Shown: positions 1 through 14,785, numbered from the stretch's first letter. The stretch is 64,000 nt of DNA from Eledone cirrhosa (GCA_964016885.1 OZ024755.1:37014001-37078000); one strand, 5' to 3'. Numbers and translations are program-made. The notes: generated from the sequence alone by a model not told the origin.

Positions 1-347
1 AAATATAGTTTCCATTTATTAATATATTGAAAGGCACACAGCAGTCAACTTGCGGCTACCAAGATGAAAACTACTATGAAATCCCACAATGAATTTTATA
101 CTTGAATTTTCAAATCTCAAATTTTAACTCTTCTTATTATTAATTTTTCTTAATATTAATCAACATTTGAAAAGATGGCTTTTGCAGACCCATCGAAACC
201 GGTCATTTTTTATACCCTTTATTATTTCCTTACCTTATAAAATTATATGTTTTTTCACAAAAAAGTATTCTGTCTCTTATATATTCCATGTGCCATTACC
301 AACCTCAATTTTCTCTATAACCGTCGTTTTGTGTAGTAAATTACACT

Positions 348-424
<77 letters not shown>

Positions 425-544
425 TTAGTTAAGCACAACAAGACCACACATTTCACAAGGAAGACATTATTAAAAGATTGTCAACATATTTTAGTTTGAT
501 GTAAGGAATGTAGAGAATAATAATAATAATATTAATAATAATTG

Positions 545-958
545 AAAACATACAGTATAGTATAATATTACTGTTGAAAATATATAGTATAGTATTACTG
601 TTGAAAATATATAGTACAGTATTACTGTTGAAAATATAGAGTACGGTATTACTGTTGAAAATATATAGTACAGTATAGTATTACTGTTGAAAATGTATAG
701 TATAGTATTACTGTTGAAAATGTATAGTATAGTATTACTGTTGAAAATGTATAGTATAGTATAGTACAGTATTACTGTTGAAAATATATGGTATAGTATT
801 ACTGTTGAAAATATATTGTACAGTATTACTGTTGAATATATATAGTATAGTATTACTGTTGAACATATATAGTATAGTATAGTATCACTTGAAAATATAT
901 AGTATAGTAGTGTATTAATGTTGAAAATATATAGTGTAGTATTACTGTTGAAAATATA
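545..958. repeat. Minisatellite, ~27-32 bp unit
   Basis: Repeated tattactgttgaaaatatatagtatag. Confidence 0.92.
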
Positions 959-1384
959 CTCTTTTACTCTTTTACCCTTTTACCTGTTCCAGCTATCCGG
1001 CTGAGGCCATGCTGGGGCACCGATGTACACGAATATATAATTATATATATATAATTAATTAAAAGTTGGTTAGAAGTCAATGCAGACAGGCAGCCAGACA
1101 GACAGATATTATAAGCGTGCGACGTTATAGCTATGTATCTATCTAAAAAGACAGAGTAAGAAAGAAAGAGGGATGTCGTATTATATATATTATATATAAT
1201 AAGGTACCAGTAATGTACTGGAATAATTGCTGGCCTTGTTCCAAAAGTAGAAACAATTATACTTCTTTTTTATACAACACTGCAAATAGCATGTGTATGT
1301 ATGTATATATACGTATATATACGTATAAAGGAATGCTGTAGTAAAATGTAAAAATTAAACTGTCTCTTATTTATGATACTAACG

Positions 1385-1463
<79 letters not shown>

Positions 1464-1464
1464 C

Positions 1465-1515
<51 letters not shown>

Positions 1516-1516
1516 C

Positions 1517-1591
<75 letters not shown>

Positions 1592-1601
1592 CATATATAT
1601 A

Positions 1602-1711
<110 letters not shown>

Positions 1712-2323
1712 CTATATATATATATATACACACACACGAACACAGCGAAGTCAATGTACAGAATGGTTTTCGTAATGCAGACAGCTAGACATACATACAG
1801 ATATTATAAGGGCGCGACGTTATAGCGATGTATCTATCTAAAAAGACAGACTAAGAAAGAGAGAGATCGCTAACCGGAAGTGTTGACATTTAAAAATTTT
1901 AAAGAAGTGAATATTTAAATAAACAATAAAATATCTTTAATCTTTTAACTAAATTTAGTAGACAAAAATACCCTCTCTTCCTTACTTGGAAAAAGTTACA
2001 TCTATGGTGCAAATTTGGTGCTGTTTGGTCCAGCCGTTTGGCGAAAAGTTTGTTACATACATACGGCCTCCAGCTTTATAATATATATATATATGTGTGT
2101 GTTTGTGTGTGTGTATGTGTGTTAAGAAAGGTAAAGGAAAGAAGAGTGCTCTATGTATAGTACAGAGCTATTTAATTACATAATAAACAAGACAATAGGA
2201 TTACTCCATTACGAAAGGTTCAAGAGACTAGATGATCCTTACAGAAACGTCCAACCGGTTCATCAGATGAGATAGTTATAATATATTTGGTAATGGAATA
2301 ACTATATTGTGTTGTTTATTATG

Positions 2324-2380
<57 letters not shown>

Positions 2381-2555
2381 TTCTACTGGACTAGAACTGT
2401 TTCATTCGAAGAAAATCATTCTCGATGGCTTCCTTCGAATGAAACAGTTCTAGTCCTGTAGAAGCCATTTCTATATTAAATATAAACTATATTTAATATA
2501 CACAACTATGTATTGAGTACCTTACTTACTGTGGTTACCCCCCGATTGAACCCGG

Positions 2556-2588
<33 letters not shown>

Positions 2589-2627
2589 ATATATAAGAAC
2601 AAAAGATGGTTAAAAGAGTTCCATGTA

Positions 2628-2694
2628 TTTTATTATGCGCATTTCAAAAACAAATATCATCATGCAATAATATTTGTGTTTTCATCAGATAAAA
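2628..2694 (-). ncRNA. Type I hammerhead ribozyme motif
   Basis: Minus strand: ttttat-CTGATGA-(acaaatatt/gatatttgt stem II)-GAAA-tgcgca-TA-ataaaa. 6-bp stem I, palindromic stem III ATGCGCAT. Confidence 0.8.
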
Positions 2695-3404
2695 CAGGAA
2701 GACATGATATGAAGGTTAAAAAACACTTGTGGATAGTTCAGTTTTAAATCAACATATATCTGTATTGCTTTATTGCTTTATTGTACTACAATAAAACTCA
2801 CCTCCTACATATATATATATATATATATAACGAAGGAATTGTGGTAAGGAACCAGATGGACCATAACACACCAGAGTACTCAATACTTAGGGTAGTTGAG
2901 TGGGTAATAGGAAAAAGTATGAGCCCGATGGCAGAGCTCAAGCCGTTTCGACTGCTATTTCTGGACTCATATATATATATATGTATATATACAAAATTTA
3001 GTACAGCATCAACGAAGCCATGGTTGCAGCCAAGCTAACGAATGCAGTTTCGGTGTGCAGCTAAGCACTCAATAGGGTATATAACCCTAGAGTTATAACA
3101 TTACGTTTAGACAGCTTTGCAAAATGAAGGCAGCGACCGATAGAAGGGCCACAGTGACCATAGCCACGAAAAAGACTGAACTCAGGGAAAATCTGACTAA
3201 CCTGGACCGTCACGTCGACATCATACATAACACATAATACATATAATATATACCATATAACATACATCACATGTAATCCACAATATCTCCGCTAGGTTTC
3301 CATAAATTCGAAATCAACAAATCCACTTGCAGGGGTCTGCAAGTTAATGGTTTTTGAAGATAATATATTAAAAAAAACGATTGACAAGTATATATAAACA
3401 TATC

Positions 3405-3608
3405 AAACGTTAAGACCCTCTTGCAGTATATTTAATATTTTTGTTAAATATAAACATACTGCTCATTTTGTAATTATATATTCTTATATCCTTTTCAAAT
3501 TAACAGGTGATAATTTGAAAAGGATATAAGAATATATAATTACAAAATGAGCAGTATGTTTATATTTAACAAAAATATTAAATATACTGCAAGAGGGTCT
3601 TAACGTTT
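3405..3608. repeat. Perfect inverted repeat, 98-bp arms, 8-bp loop
   Basis: Arms 3405-3502 and 3511-3608. Confidence 0.95.
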
Positions 3609-3969
3609 CGGACGTTAGTCCTTCATCAATAATTAATTTTACTTGTTCGTACATATTCCTTTAAGGCTTCAGAAATATGTTTCACCTCTGAAATGGTGAA
3701 GTCCAATAGTCAGTAGGGCCATCGGTGAGAGAGATATGAAACTATATGACCTTCACCTCTAATACAAATCTAAGGACTGACGAAAAACGCACATGTAGTT
3801 TCGAAAAACAAAAAAAACATTGCGTCTCAGCATTGTGACTGTGGCGTGAATAGGTTTATTGATAGCTGGAAATAGCAGCCAAAAACCTTTCAACGGTAAA
3901 AAGATCTACTAAATTACTATTCAGGAGCATATTTATATTACTAAAACAAATAAAGATATCGTGCCTGAG

Positions 3970-4290
3970 AAAATTACAGACATGCGCACTATCACCTGTA
4001 AAGAAAGATTAAAATTACAGACATGCGCACTATCACCTCAAAGAAAGATTACAATTACAGACATGCGCACTATCACCTCAAAGAAAGATTAAAATTACAG
4101 ACATGCGCACTATCACCTCAAAGAGAAATTAAAATTACAGACATGCGCACTATCACCTCAATGAAAGATTAAAATTACAGACATGCGCACTATCACCCCA
4201 AAGAAAGATTAAAATTACAGACATGCGCACTATCACCTCAAAGAGAAATTAAAATTACAGACATGCGTACTATCACCTCAAAGAAAGATT
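3970..4290. repeat. 40-bp tandem repeat, 8 copies
   Basis: aaaattacagacatgcgcactatcacctcaaagaaagatt. Confidence 0.95.
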
Positions 4291-4331
4291 TAAAAAAATA
4301 ATTCCGTGCTCTTATAAATTCAAAAAGCGCT

Positions 4332-4395
<64 letters not shown>

Positions 4396-4652
4396 ATATC
4401 AAACATTAACAGGATAATTTATAATTAAGGGATAGTAGCGGTGTGGCTCCAAATTCTTGTCCTGTGCGACATCAACCTTAAGTACTTCACAGTGGGTTAA
4501 ATCATTTTCTCATCGAACTGATAGCCTTTATTTTTATCTTTCTTTGTTATTAAAAATAAGAACGAAATTGTTTTAACCGTAGACGTTAACTCATCCTAAC
4601 ATGTATGCATTCCAGTGTCAAGGGTCAGATAACTCCTCCTAACATCTTTGAA

Positions 4653-4789
4653 CTCGTTTGCAACAGTTCATAACTTCAAAGTTATGAGCTCGTTTCCAAC
4701 AGTTCATAACTTCAAAGTTATAAGCTCGTTTCCAACAGTTCATAACTTCAAGGTTATAAGCTTGTTTCCAATAGTTCATAACTTCAAAG
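4653..4789. repeat. 36-bp tandem repeat, ~4 copies, each with a small hairpin
   Basis: ctcgtttccaacagttcataact tcaa agttatgag. Confidence 0.9.
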
Positions 4790-5946
4790 CTGGATGGGGT
4801 TACTAGTTTATTGATGTGACGTTTGTCAATCAAAATAGTAATTTTACTGAGAAACCACCCCAGAACCTGGCACAGCAACTGTAGGTGTGTAAAATATACA
4901 CGGCAGTCAACAGGTTAATAGATTGCAGTTACAAGCTGGAAGTTACTTTTAACATAAAGTATATTGGATTAGAACTCAGATATGTACTGCTAAGTATATA
5001 TAATTTTATAATACCTTCACCGACCTATTAGGCTAATTCCCAGTACGAACTAATTAGAGAAACTTATATAGGATTAATTTAACAGAATATTCAAGGGATG
5101 ACAATCCTGAGTTGTAAATTCATAATAGGCAAAATATTCATTGATCGTAATTGAATATATGACATTGTTATGGTAGTCTCCACTGACATTTATCCTCTTA
5201 TTATTACCTAATATGCTACATTATTACATTTAATAAGTGGCTTTTAATATTCATTATATATCATAATTGTTCACTATTTAAAATATTCCTCTTATATTTC
5301 AGAACGAAATAATTATGTTTATCAACTCACAGGTTTCCGAACGAACATACTCACATTCATATATTGCGGGTTGATACATATATATATATATACACACACA
5401 TATATATATAAATATATATAACACAGAACTTCTCTATGTCTTCCCACGATCTGTTCACTTGTTTTTTTTTCTGCTTTTCTTCTCCTTTTCCCCCTCTCTC
5501 TTTCTCCCTCTCTCCTCACCACTTTTCCTCCCCTTTTGTTCTTCCTCCACTTCTCCCTCTTTTTCCTTCCCTTTTCTCTCCTTTTTCTATTCTTTTCCTC
5601 CTGGCCTTTTGATTAATAAAAGACTACAGATGTCCTGTAATTCAGTGCCGAAACATCTGGATCGCGGATTTTTACAGCTGACGAAGGATTCTTTCTTCTT
5701 TTCTCTTCTTGTTCCGTCCAAACCACCATCCTAAATCTTGTTTTTAGTAACCACACAGCTCCTCTCGTTTCGTATCATTTTTATCCCGGGTTCAATCGGG
5801 GGTAACCACAGTAAGTAAGGTACTCAATACATAGCAGAGTATAAATATTTAATATAGAAATGGCTTCTACAGGACTAGAAGTGTTTCATTCTTGATGATT
5901 TCTCCCGAATGAAACAGTTCTAGTTCTGTAGAAGCCATTTCTATAT

Positions 5947-5993
<47 letters not shown>

Positions 5994-6173
5994 GTTTGAA
6001 TATGTGTAATAAGGCCAAGACAATGCAGGTATGGACATAGAAAAAAGAATGCAATAGTGAAAGATATTGATGTGAATTCGTCTTTCACCTTGAATTTATT
6101 TAAATGTCCTTAATTTTCGAGATAATATCTCTTCTTCGGAGGGAAGTAAAGGTCTCAAACCAGCGTCTTTAAA

Positions 6174-6237
<64 letters not shown>

Positions 6238-6920
6238 GTGTGTGTTTGTGTATGTGTGTGTGTGTATGTGTGTATGATCCTGTAACTTCTGATAGAGTCG
6301 TAGGGGCGGAATATTAGTATGCGGCGTTTCTTGGCCATTTTAAGCCTCGCAGAGCCCATGTCCTCTCCAGGCCTAGTACAGCTGACTTCTTCCAGAGAAA
6401 GATAGAAAGTGAGAGAGAGGAAATGAGAAAGAGATATAGAAGAAGAATCGACCCCAGTATTAGACTGGTACTTTTTTTATCGACCTCGAAAGGATGAAAG
6501 GCAAATTTGACCTAGGAGTGATTTGAACTCAAACTTCAAATGTTGACTTAAATAAATTTAGCTTTTCGTAAGAACGTTATCGGAAATAGCTCGGGCTTAA
6601 TTATACAAGTCTCGTAAATCAAGGAAAAAACAAAACCATATCAGACGATACTAACTTAATTATTTAATGTCAAAAAAATTAGTCACGTGTTCATTTCAAA
6701 CTACGTGATATTACTTGATTGATTAGTTATGTGCAAGATAACAAATTTACATATTGAGGTAGAACGCGGAAAAAGCGTCTTTCGAAATTATAATGAACTA
6801 AGTGCTTACTTCCTATTTTAAAACTTCTGATATTTAGTCTTAAATATACTAGAGGTATTGTCCCTCCAATTTAAATGTATTGCTGATTCAAACAGGGAAA
6901 CAGTTCAAATAATTATAACT

Positions 6921-7128
6921 TACTAGACTACCCGTCACCAGTTGGGTCATGTTCACTTCAAAATATTAAAACAAAATCATGTTCACTTAAAAATAATTTT
7001 TAAATAATTAAAATATACACAGACATGTATATAATGTGAAATGAAACTGGAAGGCCCATTTATATATATATACGTGTGTGTATGTATATATATATATATG
7101 TGTGTGTGTGTGTATATATATATACGTA

Positions 7129-7161
<33 letters not shown>

Positions 7162-7276
7162 GGGTGTCTGTGATCTATATACACTGGTCATAGACACACA
7201 CACACATATATACACACGCACTCACAGATATATATATATATATATATATATAAATACAACACCACCACCAGCTCTC

Positions 7277-7325
<49 letters not shown>

Positions 7326-7651
7326 CTCCTCTGTCTCCTCTCCCTCTCTCTATGTCTCTCTTCCATTCTCCTCTGTCTCCTCTCCCTCTCTCTATGTCTC
7401 TCTTTCAATCTACTCTCTCACAATTACTATCTCTTCCTCTCTATCATTCTCTCTCTCTGTTTATGAAGGTACCCGGAAAAACCCCATATCTTGGGAACCC
7501 GTGGTCCGATTTACGCGAAACTTGTTTCATTCCATTTGTATTCACATTTCAGGGTCAACTTCCTTTCAAAGTATTTTCTCATTATGCGCCCTTTTGGGTG
7601 TATTACATTACAGACAAGCAAGCAATCACAGATTTTTAGTATTATATAGAT
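6921..7651 (+). mobile_element. Helentron-associated (DINE-1/HINE-like) non-autonomous element
   Basis: Starts tactag..acccg..gggtc, internal microsatellites, ggtccgattt motif, ends attatatagat. Similar 3' part at 1870-2085. Confidence 0.45.
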
Positions 7652-7769
7652 AAATACAAAAAAAAAAAAAAGCTTAAGGACGGAAGTAACCCCGTGTCTT
7701 TTCCCAATTTACCAAATACTTATGTATACCACATCGTATTTGTCTTTGTTTAACTCCCAATAACCTACA

Positions 7770-7882
7770 ACGTGTGGATGAGTATTAGAGAATTGGATTC
7801 GCAATCGTGAGGTTGTGAGTTCGATTCCCGAACCGGGCGATACGTTATTTCCTTGAGCAAGACACTTTATTTCACGTTGCTC
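7770..7882 (+). mobile_element. Second tRNA-derived SINE family, 5' part
   Basis: B box gagttcgattccc followed by tccttgagcaagacactttatttcac. Confidence 0.6.
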
Positions 7883-8947
7883 CTTCTACCTGGAGTTGCG
7901 ACCGATAGATAGTATTAGCAATTGGAAAGACCAATGGAAACATTGTTTCCTCGGTCCGATTTGATGAAAGTCGATCGACTCGTTAGTATCCCAGCTCTGA
8001 CTTTATTCTCTCAGTTTTGCTCATAATGTCTATTTTGCAGAGATTTTAGATAAGGATTAATGATTCTTTTTCGATACACAATCTCTAGCCACTGACCTTT
8101 ATTAGGTTCCTCTAGAAAATCTATTATATTGTTCTTATTGCTATTATTCATTATCAATATGAAATTGGAAGACGTGATAAAAAAACTTTACGAGTCTTCA
8201 TTTAGCCTAATTGGAAATGCAGAGAGAAAATATACAGTAATAAAAGCATTAATAAACAGAATCAAGTAATGGTGAAAGTGCTAAAAATAAAATATTTGTC
8301 TTTGATAATTTCCTCACCATAATCTTAATTTTCACCGAATAGTATATCTGAAAAATCCTTCAGAAAATATGTATTATTTAGAAAGTTAAGAGGGAACAAG
8401 TTCAAATGGAGTTGGTATTATTATAGGCTATAAACCAAGCACGGGCAACATTTTTCGGCTCGCTTCTCGAAAACGGTTGCCCATGCCTGATTTGAAACGA
8501 CACTTCTGAATAATCACAATACTCCTCTGTAGTGTGTCATTATAATTAACAGTAAAATGAATGAGATTTGCTTTGACATACTTCTTCGTACTATTAATAA
8601 ACCTAGCCGTTTAAATAGAACTATGAAGTTATGAGGAAACAGGAATTCATAACGTTGCTAATATAAATGTTTGGGACATAAATTTCCTATGGTATTTTTG
8701 TTATTCATATCCGATAGTTTTTTCTGTTATTTTTTACACTCTCCTGGTTGTATTTTTATATTTTTTTCTTAAACAAATAGTTTATTCTGTAATAAGAAAA
8801 ATGTGTCATTCGATGAGTTATGTTCACTATTTAAATCATTAGATATCAATCTACCTGAAACCACTCTGTCTTCTACGATAACCAACTCTTTATATTAAAG
8901 CGTTTATATTTCTTTAAAGATACATCTATCACTATATTATTTAAGAA

Positions 8948-9320
8948 TCATTTTCTCCTTCCTCTTCTTCTTCGCCCACATATTCCTGAGAGGGTCATGG
9001 GGGAAGAATCCTCAGACACTCCCTCCAGCGGATCTTGTAAGAAACAACCGTCTCCAACTAATCCGGTTGGATCCCCAAGCTCAAGGATATTATCCAACCA
9101 CCTTGCCCAGGGGCTAACCCCGGGTCTCTTGTCGGTTGGTTTTGCCCGTAAAATATCTCGTAAAATCTGTCCAGTGATTCTTTCCTGAGACATTCTAACC
9201 CCATGCCTATAGTATCAGAGCTGTGATCTCTCAATTCGGAGAAGTAGCGGCTCTACCTGGAGTGACACTCTGATCTCTGAGTTACGCACTTTATTGAGTA
9301 ACGTTACGCCAAAGACCCTT
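8948..9320 (-). mobile_element. RTE-clade LINE 3' fragment
   Basis: VEPLLLRIERSQL..VRMSQERITGQIL..AKPTDKRP...RWLDNI; homologous to 31476-31755. Confidence 0.8.
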
Positions 9321-10394
9321 TGCTAAATTATGTTCCCAATGCCAACTTGGTAATAGGAAATTTAGTCATATTACTTCTTGTGACGCTAAACTCCACCAGT
9401 TGCAGACAGCGCAGTAGTGATATGTCTCTACGTGATATGACTCTACGCAAAGTTCGATCACCAGCAGCAGAGTTCAAAGAGCAAAGATCAAGTACAGTCC
9501 AGGTTAAAGTACCAAGTTAAGATCTGGCGTGAGATAAGGGTGGGTGCAGCAGAGTTCAAAGAGCAAAGATCAAGTACAGTCCAGGTTAAAGTACCAAGTT
9601 AAGATCTGGCGTGAGATAGCCTCTCTTAATGAGGGTGGGTGGAGTGTCTCTGAGTCTTGGTTGACAACCCACCTAGTGATGGTGTCACGATAAAAACACT
9701 GGTTTTGGCGTTACCTTAGACACGCTCTCTTCCAACATGACTTGAGCCAGCATGGAAGAGTAGGCTCATAAAATTAACATGAAAAGGTCACCTCAAAGAT
9801 TCGTCATATTACTAAATGACTACAAATACTTGATTATTAAAGAACAAATTTGAAAATCAAAGCAGTGTTTTCTTTTAACAGAAAATGCTAATAAAAGCGT
9901 TGAAGCAACAATGGCGTTGTAATTTCATTCCCGGAATAAAGTCTTCGTATTTAAATAATTATTAATGTTTAACACACAGTTTAAGATTATAGTACTTTTA
10001 ATGACAGTATGAAATATATTAGTTAATTATTAATAGTGCGGGAAATATAACGGTTTTGCCAAAATTATATTCATAATTTGTGTTGGCACCTGTGCCAAAC
10101 TGTAACGGTCATTGTATTTACCTTGGACAACATCTGTGGCATGGAGTGGTGAGACTGGCATGCCACTGCTGGTCTTCCACAAACACCACTTGCTCAGGCT
10201 TGAATGTCTCGAATGGGAAGTTTCTAGGTACAAAACCATGGACATTACATTTGTACGTATATATATATATATATATATATATATGTGCTATCTTAGCAAT
10301 TTTAATTTTCTTTTTAGTGCATTGTATGGTTTTCAAAATTATTCAAATTTGTGTTTGCTATTCAACAATGCTTCAAACAAGTTACAAAACTCTG

Positions 10395-10429
<35 letters not shown>

Positions 10430-11093
10430 ACTATGTGTGCGAGTGTGTATAGATATTCTCACACACACGTACACACATATGTATGGATGTATACATATAT
10501 TGCTTCTATGATTGATTGCTTATTATTGTAAAATGAAGCCCCATATCGCACTCCATTCCCTGACAACTCAATATCACACACCATGAAATATTTTCACGGG
10601 AATGTTTCTTGACATTGAGAATTCTATTATATAATGTTTTGAATAACAATGGAATGATAGAAATAGCAGGGTGCTTGATTTAATACTTCGTTCTATTCAT
10701 TTCAGAATAAAAATTCTTTACCAGGTTAAATTTTCGCTTTGCATCCCACGAGGACTCATAAAAAGGTGCCAAAATGTATTGGCTTCGCATCAATCGACCC
10801 TATTATACTACCATACATATGTGGCTCTGTTCCAGTATAATATCTTATTATTTTGCACTTTATTATAACATTTTAGACGATTATAACTGATACAATTGTC
10901 CAGATTAGATTTTATTTCTATATTATAAATTTTGTTTTCTGATTCCTGTCACTGAACTGAAATAATGCTAGTGCACAGCCAGCTAAGTGATAGTTACATC
11001 AAAATTAGTATAAACTAGCAGAAAAACCACCCTTAGAGTGGTTTGTTCTGCTAGCATGTGTAGTGTGTATATTGATATTATAAGGAATATAAC

Positions 11094-11278
11094 TGTTTCT
11101 ACTTTAGGCACAAGGCCAGCAATTACCCAGTGCATTACTGGTACTTTATTTTATCGACCCCGTAAGGATGAAAGGCAAAGTCAACCTCGGCGGGATTTGA
11201 ACTCAGATCGTAAAGGGACGTAACTATGCTGGAAAGCATGGCGTCCGACCCTCTACCGATACTGCCAATCCACCGCCC
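11094..11278 (-). mobile_element. tRNA-derived SINE with Nin/Deu-like core, full length with 16-bp TSD
   Basis: A box tggcagtatcgg, B box gagttcaaatccc, core gcctttcatccttacgggtcgataaaataaagtaccag; TSD ttataaggaatataac at 11078-11093 and 11279-11294. Confidence 0.9.
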
Positions 11279-11439
11279 TTATAAGGAATATAACGTTATA
11301 TAACGATGCAAATGTATGAACGTTTATATAAGCGTTATAAAATGGCGTCTGTTATATCATAACCGGAAGTATTGACATCTGAAAATTTTAAAAGAAGTGA
11401 ATCTTGAAATAAGCAATAACATTATATATAAGAATATAA

Positions 11440-12488
11440 GGGCGGTGGATTGGCAGTATTGGTAGAGGCTCGGACGCCATGCTTTGACGTATAGAGTTGC
11501 GGCCCTTGCCATTCTGAGTTCAAATCCCGCCGGGGTTAACTTTGCCTTTCATCCTTACGGAGTCGATAAAATAAAGTACCAGTAATGCACTGGGTGATTG
11601 CTGGCCTTGTGCCTAAAGTAGAAACAATTATTTATTCAAAGTAATCCAACTTATTTTACAAACGGGATAAAAAAAATATATTCAGCATGCAGTCCCGCAC
11701 TCCTCCCTTTATTATATTATGATTGTATGGAAAGTCAAATTAAATTTGGGCGTGATGTGAGAAGTGAAGTTCAAAAGAATCCAAGCAATTGCCAAATGTT
11801 TATTTGTAAGATGCTCTGGATCATCAAACCTTGTTTCTAATTTTAACTAACTTAGGTGGAAACACAAAGTGATTACACAACCTTTCGTCTATGACGTGGT
11901 ACACATTCTATTGATTAATAATCTAATATACATTTATTTATAAAATAATTGTTTCTACTTTTTGGCACAAGGCCAGCAATTACCCAGTACATTACTGGTA
12001 CTTTATTTTATCGACCCCGTAAGGATGAAAGGCAAAGTCAACCTCAGCGGGAAAATAATGGTTTCTTATATAGGCACAAGGCCAGTAATTTTTTGGGGGG
12101 AGGGGAAATTCGATTAAATCGACCCCAGTGGTACTTTATTTTATCGACCTCGTAAGGATGAATGGCAAAGTTAACCTCAGCGGGATTTGAACGCAGACCG
12201 TAAAGGACCGTAACTCTATGCTGCAAAGCATGGTGTCCGACTGTCTACCGATACTGCCAATCTACCGCCCTATAATGATGGTTTCTAATATAGGCACAAC
12301 GCCAGCAATTTTGGGGCATGGGAAAGTCGATTAAATCAACCCCAGTTCGTTACTGGTACTTTATTTTATCGATCCTGTAAGAATGAACGGCAAAGTTAAC
12401 CTCGGCGAGATTTGAACTCAGACCGTAAGGGGCCATAACTGTAAGCATATTGTCCGACGCTCTACTGACTCTGCCAACCCACCGCCTT
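11440..12488. mobile_element. SINE cluster (11440-11630 +; 11945-12050, 12055-12270, 12278-12488 -)
   Basis: Same SINE consensus, short and long tail subtypes. Confidence 0.88.
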
Positions 12489-12904
12489 ATATTTATAACA
12501 TAATGAAAATATTTTACTACTTTTTTAAAACATATAAATTTTTATTTGCATCAGGTGTTCATTGCTCAGTTTCAGGTATGGAGTTGTTTTTTTTCATCAT
12601 TCGATTCCATTTTAAAAATGTTCAAAAGAAACAGATTAAAGCATTGATCATTTAAAGAGAAACAATAATTTGATTCTAGAAAATAAAAGTTAAATTAATA
12701 AGAATAAGAATCTGGAAGAGGAACATTAGAAATATCAAGGGTGAGGATTCACTAAGTTATAATTGATTGTAATTAGACTTCTTTAAAAATACATGCGTTT
12801 CACTCCGATAGTTTATTTACGTTTAGTAATTTTAAAATACGGTTCCTTGTTATTTTAAACGTGAATTCCATCCAGGCAACAGATATACAAGATCACAGGC
12901 TGAG

Positions 12905-13066
12905 AAGATGATGATGATGATGATGATGAAGATGATGATGATGATGATGGTGGTGATCCTCCACCTCCTTCTTCTTCTTCTTCTTCTTCTTCTTCTTCTT
13001 CTTCTTCTTCTTCTTCTTCTTCTTCTTCTTCTTCTTCTTCTTTTTATTATTATTATTATTATTATT
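12905..13066. repeat. Compound (GAT)n-(CTT)n-(ATT)n microsatellite
   Basis: Direct inspection. Confidence 0.95.
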
Positions 13067-13150
13067 TGCTCTACCGTTTATATATATATTTATATATATA
13101 TTATCCTTATCGAGCACTCTTCGGATTTTAGTCTTCACATTTATTATTAT

Positions 13151-13192
<42 letters not shown>

Positions 13193-13222
13193 GATATATA
13201 TATATATATATATATATATAGT

Positions 13223-13292
<70 letters not shown>

Positions 13293-13293
13293 G

Positions 13294-13436
<143 letters not shown>

Positions 13437-13455
13437 ATAATAATAAATGTTCTAC

Positions 13456-13529
<74 letters not shown>

Positions 13530-13590
13530 GTAGAACACTGGAAGGTAATATCCGTAGTGGTAGAGCACTCAGTCCATGGGACGAGTTAGG

Positions 13591-13707
13591 TAGAAGTGGT
13601 TACACAACAGTTAGTTCACCATACCGAGAACAATTGTTTCACCTTAGAGGATCCGCTAAGGTGAAACAATTGTTCTCAGTATGGTGAACTAACTGTTGTG
13701 TAACCAC

Positions 13708-13712
<5 letters not shown>
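13591..13712. repeat. 122-bp near-perfect palindrome of family F tail
   Basis: Centred on ggatcc at 13649-13654; homologous to 63410-63470. Confidence 0.93.
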
Positions 13713-13782
<70 letters not shown>

Positions 13783-13834
13783 GTCTGAACATAATATAAT
13801 CAAATTGTCAAATTCCCACTGTCACTGCCTCTGT

Positions 13835-14273
13835 CTCTCTCACTCTCCCCATCTCTCACTCTTATAAGCAATGGGGTCCACGAGCTCGATGCTACGTGAC
13901 CCCTGCAGACAGAATAGAGAAAGCTTTCTCCGGGAGGATGGTGAGGGAGACGTGCTGGATGAGTCATTTCTGCTTGCGAGGCTCACACCTGCGTATAGCC
14001 AGATCTGTGCCAATGGTGGTGAGCAGGGAGGTGATCCTAGGGCCAAGAACACCATAAATCTCCACTACTAAGGGTTTGACCACAAACCTGTCGCAGAGCG
14101 ACCGATATTTGGAGAGTTTGCCCTCCTCGACCCGAAGTGCAGCAGAACCTGGGTTAGTCGCAGATTGTACCAAGTTGCCACTGGAGAAAGTGTCGCTCAT
14201 TTTCGCGTCCCAGATGCGGAACGGGAAGTTGGTCATGCCGACTGGTCTTTTGCCGTCCCCTTTATGGAGATAA
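13835..14273 (-). mobile_element. 3' fragment of CRE-like non-LTR retrotransposon (restriction-like endonuclease domain)
   Basis: DGKRPVGMT...WDAKMSDTFSSGNL...PGSAALRVEEGKLSKYRSL..RFVVKPLVVEIYGVLGP matches the PD-(D/E)xK REL tail of CRE elements; downstream RKLSL..QG remnant. Confidence 0.8.
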
Positions 14274-14464
14274 TTGTGATAATGCTCATTCTTTCATCCT
14301 CGTCTTCTTTTTCATCTACTTAGTCATCATTTGTACATTTATGATGATGATGATGATCATCATCATCCCGAACACCTCTTCCGTCTCCTCACCTTCATCC
14401 GCCTCATCACGATCATTAGGCTATTGTAGGGATCTCGACTCCATTATTTCCGTTTATCCGAAGA

Positions 14465-14657
14465 AATTATTGTTTCTACTTTTGGCACAAGGCCAGCAAT
14501 AACCCCAGTACATTACTGGTACTTTATTTTATCGACCCCATAAAGATGAAAGACAAAGTTACCCTCGGCAGGATTTGAACTCAGTTCGTAAAGGACCGTA
14601 ACTCTATGCTGTAAAGCATAGCGTCCGACCCTCTACCTATACTGCCAATCCACCGCC
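14465..14657 (-). mobile_element. SINE copy
   Basis: Full consensus match. Confidence 0.88.
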
Positions 14658-14785
14658 ATTTTCTTTAAAATAATAGCAACTATACTGGGATTTGGTGCTT
14701 GACCACTCATGTCATTCATTTTTTAATCTTTTGTTTTACAACGAATATAAAGGATTTTGAACCATGGATCTTACATGATCTAATA

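Noticed and set aside
3777-3830. CTGACGA...GAAA hammerhead candidate
   Set aside because: Stem II is plausible but there is no convincing stem I or III.
3970-4290. 40-bp repeat array as CRISPR
   Set aside because: Head-to-tail units with no unique spacers, no cas genes, eukaryotic context.
10050-10255. GC-richer island with ORFs on both strands
   Set aside because: No recognisable domain or exon boundaries.
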